Part shown: piece after piece, positions 46,073 through 54,442 of the stretch | Numbering within the stretch: position 1 is the stretch's first letter | Layout of the letters: each line of letters starts with the position of its first letter | IMG/VR virus record: IMGVR_UViG_3300012172_000001 | Span: 1 to 56,313 of that record | Reading direction: 5' to 3' (one strand) | Source of the DNA: a virus | Taxonomy: Duplodnaviria > Caudoviricetes | Length of the DNA: 56,313 bases | Program-made: the position numbers and the translations under genes | The notes under the pieces: model-generated | What the model was told of the DNA's origin: nothing | The model's database searches: none | The model's input: the letters and a program-made list of their open reading frames with translations, nothing else

Positions 46073-46807
46073 ATGCCAGACCTGACCATCATTTTCCTGA
46101 CAACAAACGCCCTTCCTTCCAGGTGGGAGAAAGTTCACCTGGAGCATCTGCTGCGCGCAGCAGACGGGCGGCCGATGGTGGTCATTTCCAAGGAGGGGAT
46201 GGAACTGGACCGGCCGAACACGACGTACCTCATTCAAGAGGGGCCGTTCTGCGCCTGGAACGTGTACCGACAGCTTTTGCGCGGGGCGAAGCTGGCCGAA
46301 ACGAAGTACGTGGCGGTCGCGGAGGACGACACGCTCTATCCCGCGAGGCACTTCAACGACTTCCGACCGCCGGATGATGCGGTGGCCTATGATATGTCGC
46401 GTTGGTCCGTATTTTCTTGGGCGCAGAGGCCGTTCTTCTCGGCGATTCGGAAGTACGGCAACTTCACGATGATCGGGCCGCGGCAGTTGGTGATCGACGC
46501 CCTGGAGGAGCGCGAGAAGAAGTACCCCAACGGGAAGGACTACACAGGGGAGATCGGGCGGTCGGAAGTGGAGCGGATTCTGGGGGTCAAACGGAACAAG
46601 CTCGTGGAGTGGCACTGCATCGAGCCGATGGTGAACCTCTGCCACCCGCAAGGGCTTTCGCCTACCTACGTCAACACGCCGGGCCTGGAACGGAAGCCGG
46701 GAGAACTGAAAGCGTGGGATATTCCGGTGTGGGGCAAAGCCTCGGACATCGCAGCCATTTACAACCAGGGGGTAGCGGAAGATGCTCGATCTTCGGAAAC
46801 ACCTTGA
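46073..46807 (+). CDS. GT-A fold glycosyltransferase (244 aa)
   Basis: LTIIFLT beta1; GAKLAETKYVAVAEDDTLY (DxD-like motif). Confidence 0.72.
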   Translation: MPDLTIIFLTTNALPSRWEKVHLEHLLRAADGRPMVVISKEGMELDRPNTTYLIQEGPFCAWNVYRQLLRGAKLAETKYVAVAEDDTLYPARHFNDFRPPDDAVAYDMSRWSVFSWAQRPFFSAIRKYGNFTMIGPRQLVIDALEEREKKYPNGKDYTGEIGRSEVERILGVKRNKLVEWHCIEPMVNLCHPQGLSPTYVNTPGLERKPGELKAWDIPVWGKASDIAAIYNQGVAEDARSSETP

Positions 46808-47408
46808 GAAGCACTTTCGCTTCATGGGCGGCAAGGACAACCTACCGCTCTTGGCGACTCCCCTCTCGCGCCGGGAAGGCGGCCGGGTGGCCCTGGCGCG
46901 AACGATGCGCGACATGGGGCTTGTGAAAGCTGTCGAAGTGGGCTGCCGCTACGGGGCTTCCGCGAAGCTCTGGCGCGAGCATATCCCAGACTTGGACATC
47001 ACCTGCATCGACCCGTACCGGGCCTATCACCGGGTTTCGCAGGAGCGGCAGGACTTGATCTACGCCGGGGCACAGGAAAACGCCGCGAACTATGGGTTCA
47101 AGATTCTCCGCAAGCCCAGCCTCGACGCGGTGGACGATTTCGCGGACGGTTCGCTCGATTGGGTCCATATCGACGGGGACCATTCGTTCGACGCCGCGGT
47201 GCGTGACATCATCCAGTGGGCGGCGAAGGTCCGCGAGGGTGGGCTGGTACTGGTTCACGATTATTGCTCATTCGCCATGTCGGGCGTCATTCCGGCGGTG
47301 GACTCCTACACGCACTGCCACTGGATTGACCCGTGGTACGTGACGCGGGATATGGAACCGACCGCCTTCTGGCAGCGGGGAGCGGAAAGGGCGGGGCTGG
47401 GATCGTGA
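46782..47408 (+). CDS. Class I SAM methyltransferase, Methyltransf_24-like (208 aa)
   Basis: VEVGCRYGAS, CIDPY, SLDWVHIDGDHSF, VREGGLVLVHDY. Confidence 0.88.
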   Translation: MLDLRKHLEKHFRFMGGKDNLPLLATPLSRREGGRVALARTMRDMGLVKAVEVGCRYGASAKLWREHIPDLDITCIDPYRAYHRVSQERQDLIYAGAQENAANYGFKILRKPSLDAVDDFADGSLDWVHIDGDHSFDAAVRDIIQWAAKVREGGLVLVHDYCSFAMSGVIPAVDSYTHCHWIDPWYVTRDMEPTAFWQRGAERAGLGS

Positions 47409-48157
47409 CGATCAAATTGAGCATTGTCATTCCGGTATTCCAGTCGCACGAAGTCGTGCGCCGGCAACTGCTGCACTTTTACAACATCGGACTGCCTGGT
47501 GACACAGAACTGATTCTGGTGGACGACGGCAGTGACCCGCCGATTGAGAATCACTTCAGTCAGCTCGCGAAGATTCACCGAACCAACGACAGGCGACCGT
47601 GGACCTGGGCGCTGGCTCGGAACGCAGGGGCGCGACTAGCGACTGGCAAATACTTATTGATGTACGACCTGGATCACATTGCCGACCGCAAGCTGCTGGA
47701 CTTCGTGAGGGGATTCACCGGCATTAAAGTGCAGTTCAGCCGTGAGTTCGGCATCCTCGACGAACGCGGGCGATTAACCCAAGACCGGGACGTGCTCGCG
47801 GAGTACGGCCTGCCGAAGAATCAGGGATTGAAGCTCGGCCCACTCCCAAACAACTTCGCCATGCGGCGGGATGTGTTCTGGGAACTGGGTGGCTACCGGG
47901 AAGACCTCGTAGAGAAGCCTTACCCACAAGGCGAGGACCGGGCCTTTCGCAGCGCCTGGCGGACGTATGAGCTGAAGCACGGTGGCGAAGGTTCTATGGT
48001 CTGCGCGCACCGTCCGAAGATGCTCATGTTTCCAAACGGCAAGTACGTCGGCGACGTGGACGCCGACCCGAAAGGGCTGTTCCACAAGCTGACGCGCAAG
48101 ACCAAGCGAAATTTCTGGCATCAAGAGCAAGAGAGGAAAGAGCGTGTCGAAAGCTAA
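47405..48157 (+). CDS. GT2-type glycosyltransferase with GT7-C-like C-terminal motif (250 aa)
   Basis: LSIVIPVF, ELILVDDGSD, ARNAGA, YDLDH, FWELGGYREDL...GEDR. Confidence 0.88.
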   Translation: MTIKLSIVIPVFQSHEVVRRQLLHFYNIGLPGDTELILVDDGSDPPIENHFSQLAKIHRTNDRRPWTWALARNAGARLATGKYLLMYDLDHIADRKLLDFVRGFTGIKVQFSREFGILDERGRLTQDRDVLAEYGLPKNQGLKLGPLPNNFAMRRDVFWELGGYREDLVEKPYPQGEDRAFRSAWRTYELKHGGEGSMVCAHRPKMLMFPNGKYVGDVDADPKGLFHKLTRKTKRNFWHQEQERKERVES

Positions 48158-49085
48158 GCTTCTGTCCGTGATTGTGCCGGGGCGCAATGAGGAATTCATG
48201 CGGCACACAGTCGAGGACGTGCTTGCGCACAGTCGCGAGGACACCGAGGTAATCGCAATCAACGATGGCTATTGGTGCAATCCGCCACTGGTTCAGAACC
48301 CACGATTGCAGGTTGTCCACTTTGGTGAGTCAGTAGGTCAGCGAGCGGCGACGAATTACGGTGCAGCGCTCAGCCGGGCGAAATATATCTGCAAGCTCGA
48401 TGCCCACTGCGCCGTGGAGGACGGCTTCGACGTGAAGCTGATCGCGGACATGCAGCCCGACATGACGATGATTCCATCGATGCACCGCCTGCACGTCTTC
48501 GACTGGCACTGCAACGGCTGCGGCGAGAGGGAGTATCAGGGAACCCGCCCCAAGGAATGCAAGGAGTGCAATGGGACGGATTTTACGATGGCGATGGTCT
48601 GGAATCCGCGGTTTGAGTATCCCGCCACGACCGTCTGGCGATTCGACAAGGCGCTGCACTTTCAATACTGGCGCGGGTACAGGCACACCGACGCATACAA
48701 AAAGCAGGAACCGAGCGGCGTTGTCGAGACGATGAGTTGCATCGGGGCCTGTTTCCTGATGGAACGCGAGCGGTTCTGGAAACTTGGCGGCATGGACGAG
48801 GGGCACGGTTCCTGGGGGCAGTACGGAACCGAACTGGCCTGCAAGGCATGGCTCTCCGGGGGCCGGATGGTCACTTCGCTCAAGACCTGGTTCGCCCACC
48901 TGTTCCGCACCGGGAACTTCGGCAAGGACGGCGAATCATCCTGGCCTTACCCGATCAACCAGAGGCAGATCGACGCAGCGCGGGCGTACTCGCGCGAACT
49001 ATGGCTAAATGGCAAGTGGCCCCACGCAGAGCGTCCTCTGTCCTGGTTGATCGAACATTTCCGTCCCATTCCTGATTGGCATTAA
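48144..49085 (+). CDS. Glycosyltransferase resembling polypeptide GalNAc-transferases (GT27-like/GT2), with Zn-ribbon insert (313 aa)
   Basis: SVIVPGRNE, KLDAHC, GACFLMERERFWKLGGMDEG...WG...ELACKAWLSGG...AHLFR...PY. Confidence 0.85.
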   Translation: MSKAKLLSVIVPGRNEEFMRHTVEDVLAHSREDTEVIAINDGYWCNPPLVQNPRLQVVHFGESVGQRAATNYGAALSRAKYICKLDAHCAVEDGFDVKLIADMQPDMTMIPSMHRLHVFDWHCNGCGEREYQGTRPKECKECNGTDFTMAMVWNPRFEYPATTVWRFDKALHFQYWRGYRHTDAYKKQEPSGVVETMSCIGACFLMERERFWKLGGMDEGHGSWGQYGTELACKAWLSGGRMVTSLKTWFAHLFRTGNFGKDGESSWPYPINQRQIDAARAYSRELWLNGKWPHAERPLSWLIEHFRPIPDWH

Positions 49086-49131
49086 GGAATCCAATGGCAC
49101 CTATATACCTGACTCAGCAAGGGAGCAAGTC

Positions 49132-49323
49132 ATGCCTGAAAAAAAGAAAAAGTTGACCAAAAAGCAGGAAGAACGCCGCGAAACACTGCGTTGGATTCTG
49201 CAGGATCAGGATTGTGGCCGTTTCTACTCGCATGAGCAGCGAATGGCGATGACCGACGAGCTTGAAAAGTTGGAAGGTGTCAAGATTCCAAGCAACGGAC
49301 TATGGGCCGCTGGACCTAGATGA
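49132..49323 (+). CDS. Small hypothetical protein (63 aa)
   Basis: GGGAG ribosome-binding site. Confidence 0.45.
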   Translation: MPEKKKKLTKKQEERRETLRWILQDQDCGRFYSHEQRMAMTDELEKLEGVKIPSNGLWAAGPR

Positions 49324-49347
49324 GCCAAGTATATAGGTGCCAATCCA

Positions 49348-49791
49348 ATGCTATTCGCCCAAATCGCTGATCCGGTCACGATTACCGTGCTCATGGAAGA
49401 AATCAAAAAGCAGGCCGCAAAGTCCGACCAGAGCGGAGTGATTTACCTGTTTGTGTTGGTGATGGTCGTGGCTGGGATTGGAGCATTTTTCGTGCTGCGG
49501 TACATGCTAACGCACGCGCGCGAGATTCACTCCGAAGCGAACAAGACCCTGCTGGACATCAGCGCCAAGCATGAATCGCGTTGCTCATCGCTGACCGACG
49601 CGTTTTCCACGGAGTGTGCAGAACTGCGAAGGGTGATTCTGCGGATTATGAGCGATGCCCGCGATATGGTTCACGCTGCGCGAGACATCGCTGGCGTAGC
49701 CGTCAACCAGAAGGAATTGCTTGAGCGCATGAGTAAAGCCGAAGCAGAAGCGAAGAACAAACGCGACCGGGACAGCCCGGTTGATCCGTGA
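49348..49791 (+). CDS. Single-TM membrane protein with C-terminal coiled coil, holin-like (147 aa)
   Basis: GVIYLFVLVMVVAGIGAFFVL hydrophobic helix followed by charged helices. Confidence 0.5.
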   Translation: MLFAQIADPVTITVLMEEIKKQAAKSDQSGVIYLFVLVMVVAGIGAFFVLRYMLTHAREIHSEANKTLLDISAKHESRCSSLTDAFSTECAELRRVILRIMSDARDMVHAARDIAGVAVNQKELLERMSKAEAEAKNKRDRDSPVDP

Positions 49792-51341
49792 TGCCAACCA
49801 AGGACATCCTATTCCCGATGCGGGGAGTGGTTCGACGCGAATCGCTTCGATCCACTCCCGATTCGCGCGGACCGTGGCCGAGTCCGTGGGCAGTCAATGT
49901 CCGCGTGGAAGATGCTCTCGACCGTCGCATGAGAGGCGGCAGTCGTCCTGGTCTGACCAAGTTCGTCAACGACGACCTGGGGACCACGATCTCCGATATG
50001 GTTTCGATCAACGTATCGAGCGCAGCCGGCGGGGCCAGCGAAGTCCTGCTCGTGCTGGTGGATTCTTCGATCAAGGTCGTCGAGAACGGCACGGTAACAG
50101 CGCTGGTCGCTTACCTCACGAACGAAGCCGGCCAGACCATCACCAACGAAGACGAAGTGCCGATCACCGTTGGCGAAGGCTCTGTTCCTGCCACTGGGTT
50201 TCTCGTCGCGGGCCAGCAGAAGGTGTTCGCGGTGACGACCAGCGGAGTCACCAAGATCGACCCCAAGACCGGGCAGGTGGATAGCCTGGCGGCCAGTGCC
50301 GGCACGATTCCCACGAGTTGCACGTTCGGGGCGATTTACCGCGACCGGCTCTGTCTCTCCGGGCAGGATAACGCCATCTACATGAGCCGGCAGGGGGTTT
50401 ACGGCGACTTCGACTTCGGGGTTGATTTCTCTGACCAGCAACGGGCGATTCCATTTCAACTGGCGCTGAGCGCCGACGTCGGGGCGAGGCCCACGGCGAT
50501 GATTCCGTGCATGGACGCCTACCTGATCTGCGCCACGGCCCGCAGTCTGTGGGTGGTTCAGGGCGACCCGACCAGCGGAGCTTTGCGCAGGATTTCCGAA
50601 ACGGTGGGGATCATCGGTTCTAAAGCCTGGGTCAAGGTGGATGGCACGATCATCTTTCTGTCCGAAGACGGGCTGTATCAGGTGCAGGCTGATGGCTCCG
50701 GCCTGACGCCCCTGACGCTGAACGCGATTCCCGACGAACTGCGGGACATCGACACGAGCACGACGACAGTTTCGTTGGGTTGGGAGCAGGACCGGCGAGC
50801 ATTTCACATCTATCTCCGCACCGCAGGCGGAAGTGACACCCACTGGGTTTACGAGACCGTTCCGCAAGCGTTCTGGCCAACGTGGCTTCAGGACAACCAT
50901 TCTCCCCGCGTGGTCTGCCAGCACGACGGCGAACTGCTGCTGGCCGGTGGGGACGGTTACATTCGCAAAGTCACTGGAGACAACGACGATGGCGCGGCGA
51001 TTACATCGCACGTCGTCTTCGGCCCGATCCGCCTGGGAATCAAAGGGTTCTATGGCCGCATGATAAATCTGCACGCCAGCCTTGCGGCCGGTGGCGGACA
51101 GGTCAACTGGCGCATTCTGACGGGGGACACGGCGGAAGAAGCGGCCGATAACGCGAAGACGGCCATCGAGTCCTTCCGCAGCGGCGCGAGCTATTCGAGC
51201 CTGGTAAAACAGAGCGGCAACTGGAAGGCCGGGCGGTCGATCATGGTCTATCCGCGAGTGCGGGGAATCTGGTGTTGTCTGTGGTTGCAATCCACGGACA
51301 AGTGGGCCTTTGAAAGCATGATGTTCGATACGACGAGTTGA
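49788..51341 (+). CDS. Putative tail nozzle/tubular protein (P22 gp10/T7 gp12-like beta-propeller, 517 aa)
   Basis: NVR...RPGL N-terminus, YRDRL, IYMS, GIIG, IFLSEDGLY, WVY, DGYIR pattern; position in the tail module. Confidence 0.65.
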   Translation: MMPTKDILFPMRGVVRRESLRSTPDSRGPWPSPWAVNVRVEDALDRRMRGGSRPGLTKFVNDDLGTTISDMVSINVSSAAGGASEVLLVLVDSSIKVVENGTVTALVAYLTNEAGQTITNEDEVPITVGEGSVPATGFLVAGQQKVFAVTTSGVTKIDPKTGQVDSLAASAGTIPTSCTFGAIYRDRLCLSGQDNAIYMSRQGVYGDFDFGVDFSDQQRAIPFQLALSADVGARPTAMIPCMDAYLICATARSLWVVQGDPTSGALRRISETVGIIGSKAWVKVDGTIIFLSEDGLYQVQADGSGLTPLTLNAIPDELRDIDTSTTTVSLGWEQDRRAFHIYLRTAGGSDTHWVYETVPQAFWPTWLQDNHSPRVVCQHDGELLLAGGDGYIRKVTGDNDDGAAITSHVVFGPIRLGIKGFYGRMINLHASLAAGGGQVNWRILTGDTAEEAADNAKTAIESFRSGASYSSLVKQSGNWKAGRSIMVYPRVRGIWCCLWLQSTDKWAFESMMFDTTS

Positions 51342-51342
51342 A

Positions 51343-52140
51343 ATGGCACGATCAGGACAATGGCGCGGCGGTGACGACGGGGTAGTTCCGGGCGGCGTGG
51401 TGTCTCAGTCGAGCAGCCCGTCCGCTTCGCCTTCCACGTCGCCTTCGGCTTCCGTGTCAGCCTCTCCCTCAACTTCGCCTTCGTCTTCGGCATCCGTAAC
51501 GCCATCCTCGTCACCGTCTCGTTCGCCGTCGTCCTCCAAATCCTCGTCGCCATCGGTTTCACGATCAAGTTCGCCTTCGCATTCGCCCTCAGCCTCCAGG
51601 TCAAGCAGTCCGTCGCGCTCGGCTTCCTCGTCACCGTCAGCGTCCGCGTCGGTATCGCCTTCAGGCACGCCGTCCAGTTCTACGTCGTCGTCTCTCTCCG
51701 CAAGCCCGTCGCACAGCCCTTCAGCGTCACCTTCGGCGAGTTCATCGAGCACTCCGTCGCCTTCCTCATCGCGTTCCAGCAGCCCGTCGAAAAGCACGTC
51801 CGCTTCGCCGTCTGCCACGGCGTCCAGCAGCCCGTCCGCGTCATCGTCACCCTCTGGCTCAGTTTCCAGCAGTCCGTCCACGTCACGCTCGGCGTCGGTG
51901 TCGAGTTCGCCGTCGAGCAGTCCGTCTCCTTCAGCCTCGGTATCCTCGTCTCCTTCGGGAACGCCATCGTCCAGTCCTTCAATATCTTCGTCGGTGTCGA
52001 GCACGCCTTCCGCCAGCCCGTCCATATCACCCTCCACGTCGCCATCGACTTCAGTTTCGGCCTCGCCATCGACTTCAGTTTCGGCCTCGCCATCGAGCAC
52101 TCCATCGGCGTCGGCGTCGAGCAGCCCATCCGCAACGTAG
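51343..52140 (+). CDS. Mucin-like serine-rich repeat protein (265 aa)
   Basis: After about 20 aa the sequence is almost entirely alternating S-X (X = S, P, A, T, V, R); ends SSSPSAT; all six Ser codons used. Confidence 0.75.
   Translation: MARSGQWRGGDDGVVPGGVVSQSSSPSASPSTSPSASVSASPSTSPSSSASVTPSSSPSRSPSSSKSSSPSVSRSSSPSHSPSASRSSSPSRSASSSPSASASVSPSGTPSSSTSSSLSASPSHSPSASPSASSSSTPSPSSSRSSSPSKSTSASPSATASSSPSASSSPSGSVSSSPSTSRSASVSSSPSSSPSPSASVSSSPSGTPSSSPSISSSVSSTPSASPSISPSTSPSTSVSASPSTSVSASPSSTPSASASSSPSAT
52039..52096 (+). repeat. 24-bp tandem repeat within the mucin-like gene
   Basis: TCGCCATCGACTTCAGTTTCGGCC twice plus a partial third copy. Confidence 0.85.
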
Positions 52141-52152
52141 GAGCACGAACAG

Positions 52153-54432
52153 ATGCCAAAGTTCAGCGAATTTGTAGGGTCGCTCACGGTCGATACGATC
52201 GGCGGTTCCGAGAAAATCCCCGTCATCGACACGACGCCATTTTACGTGACTCCCGCTCTGCTGTTGACGTACATCAACGCCGCTCAAGTCGCGGCCACTG
52301 CCGAGACACCGACGACCGGGGACATTCTGCACGGGGACCGGGCAGGGACGATCAAGACGTTCGCCTTGGACGACGTGGCCGATTACGCCCTGGAACGGGC
52401 ATTTGATTCGACCGTCGTTGACTCCATCGTGACCGGCGATCTGGTGGTGATTGAGCGTTCTGGCGTGGCGAAGACGATCACGGCCGACGACCTGCAAACC
52501 TTCGTACTTGATGGGATTCAGGCAGACGTGCTCGACCTGTCGGGGCTTGCTGCGGCCACACTGGGAGCGACTGATCTGTTCGTCGTGTGCCAGACGACGA
52601 CGCCGAAACAGGTCTCGCTGGAGGACTTGGAAACGAAGCTCTGGACGGACTTCGCTACCTACGTCGCCGCCCTGACAGAAAACACCGCGGTAGTCGATGG
52701 CGACGTGCTCTACTCGATCCAGGGCGGGGTTCCGAAGTACGTGAACGCAGATACCCTGGCTGCTTACTTCCTGGCAGAAATCGGGGCGGCGGTTATCGAC
52801 TCCGCCTGGGATGCCAGCGTGGTCGATCCCGCTCTAAGTACGGACGTGATGGTGTGTCAGAGGTCGGACGTGCAGAAGACCGTCACGGTGGACACCGTTT
52901 CTGATTTCGTGCTGGCGGCACTGGGGGCCAGTTCCGCAGTCAGCCCGGTTGCGGCCAGCGACAAGTTTACGCTCTACCGCAGTTCCGTCGCCAAGACGGC
53001 TGACATTGCCGACATCGTGGCCTACGTTCTCACTCAAGCCTGGAGCCAAACCAGCGTTGGAACGATCAACACTGGCGACGAATTGGTGATCGGCCGCAGC
53101 GAAGTGAGCAAGACGACCACGGTGGACGCCTTGGCTACGTTCGTATTGGACGGAGTGCAAGCGGACGTGCTGGACATTTCCGGTTTGGATACAGCAACTC
53201 TAGGAGCGACCGACAACTATTTGGTGGTGCAATCCGGCGTCGGCAAAAAGACCACGCTGACGGCCTTGGAGACGAAGTTAAACGCGGACTTCGCCACCTA
53301 CGTCGCGGGCCTGTCTGATACTGGGACGCTCCTCGCCACTGACAAGTTCTACATCCTCGTCTCAGGCGCTCCGAAGTATTGCACCGGCCTGGAAATCGCC
53401 ACCTATGTTGAGGCGACGATGTGGGGCGCAAGCGCTGCCGCATCAGTCGCCGCCACCGACACGTTCTTGATCGACCAAAGCGGCACGAAGAAGGAAGCCG
53501 CTATCAGTCAGTTGCAGACATTCCTACTGACTGGCCTGCAAGCGGACGTGCTCGATATTTCGGGGCTCGACTCCGCCACGGTGGAGGCCGCCGACGATCT
53601 GCTGGTCTGCCAGTCGGGCGTGCCGATGAAGGCGACGGTCGATGACGTGGGAGAAGTGATCCTGGCGGGCGCGGCGACCTACATCGAAACGCTTTCCCAG
53701 GCGGCCCTGGCCGATACCGACAAGCTGCTTGTATCGCAGGGCGGGGTGGCAACGTACACAGCGCTCAGCGCGCTGGCGGATTACATCGTCGCTGCGAGCA
53801 CTGAACCGTCATGGACGACCGTTTCCGGTACGAAATACACGGCCACGCCAGCGAGCACGTCCAGCGTGACCTTCTCCGACACCAGCGACCTCGCCGTAGG
53901 AAGGCCGGTGCGCTACACCTACAACGGGACAACCTATTACGGCATCATCACGGCCGTCTCAGCCAATGCCTCGATGACCGTGGCCGGCGCTCCACTGGAT
54001 GTAGGCCACGACCTCACGGCTTTGGAAATCGGAACCCCGGCTCAAGTGGTTGCGATGGACCTGAAGGTTGCCGGAACCTACGCCGACAACGCCGAGGACA
54101 TTCTTGCCGCAGAGGGGAATCAGTATGTTCGCTGGCGAAGGTCAGCCGCTTATCTCGTGGCGATTTCCGCCACGCACAAGACGGCGGACACCGGCGCGGC
54201 TCAGCCGAAGCTGAACATGAAGGTGGCCGGAAACCTCGTATCCACGCAAGACAGTAACGCGGGGTTGCAGCTTTCGACTGCCGGGGCCTGGGTGGACGGC
54301 TCGGCGGTGGCCATCTCCACCTCGAATTACGACGTGGCTTGGAGCGACGCGATTGAACTGCGCTGCACCGCCCCAGGGACCAATGGGGATGCCTTGGACC
54401 TGAGCGCGTGCTTACTTTTCGTACTGGTGTAA
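52153..54432 (+). CDS. Repetitive fibre-like structural protein (759 aa)
   Basis: Repeats of about 40 aa (D.L/F.V....K..T...L); QADVLD(L/I)SGL occurs three times; distinct beta-rich C-terminal domains. Confidence 0.7.
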   Translation: MPKFSEFVGSLTVDTIGGSEKIPVIDTTPFYVTPALLLTYINAAQVAATAETPTTGDILHGDRAGTIKTFALDDVADYALERAFDSTVVDSIVTGDLVVIERSGVAKTITADDLQTFVLDGIQADVLDLSGLAAATLGATDLFVVCQTTTPKQVSLEDLETKLWTDFATYVAALTENTAVVDGDVLYSIQGGVPKYVNADTLAAYFLAEIGAAVIDSAWDASVVDPALSTDVMVCQRSDVQKTVTVDTVSDFVLAALGASSAVSPVAASDKFTLYRSSVAKTADIADIVAYVLTQAWSQTSVGTINTGDELVIGRSEVSKTTTVDALATFVLDGVQADVLDISGLDTATLGATDNYLVVQSGVGKKTTLTALETKLNADFATYVAGLSDTGTLLATDKFYILVSGAPKYCTGLEIATYVEATMWGASAAASVAATDTFLIDQSGTKKEAAISQLQTFLLTGLQADVLDISGLDSATVEAADDLLVCQSGVPMKATVDDVGEVILAGAATYIETLSQAALADTDKLLVSQGGVATYTALSALADYIVAASTEPSWTTVSGTKYTATPASTSSVTFSDTSDLAVGRPVRYTYNGTTYYGIITAVSANASMTVAGAPLDVGHDLTALEIGTPAQVVAMDLKVAGTYADNAEDILAAEGNQYVRWRRSAAYLVAISATHKTADTGAAQPKLNMKVAGNLVSTQDSNAGLQLSTAGAWVDGSAVAISTSNYDVAWSDAIELRCTAPGTNGDALDLSACLLFVLV

Positions 54433-54442
54433 GGAACAGCAA

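Noticed and set aside
46073-49085. DNA hypermodification or O-antigen conversion role for the glycosyltransferases
   Set aside because: No base-hydroxylase, thymidylate-synthase-like or GtrA/GtrB/membrane GT genes seen, and the block sits among virion genes beside Ser-rich ORFs; disfavoured but not excluded
51405-52232. Acidic Asp/Glu/Gly repeat protein on the minus strand
   Set aside because: It is the antisense reading of the Ser-rich gene; the plus-strand ORF fits the operon and shares its C-terminus with 45573-46070
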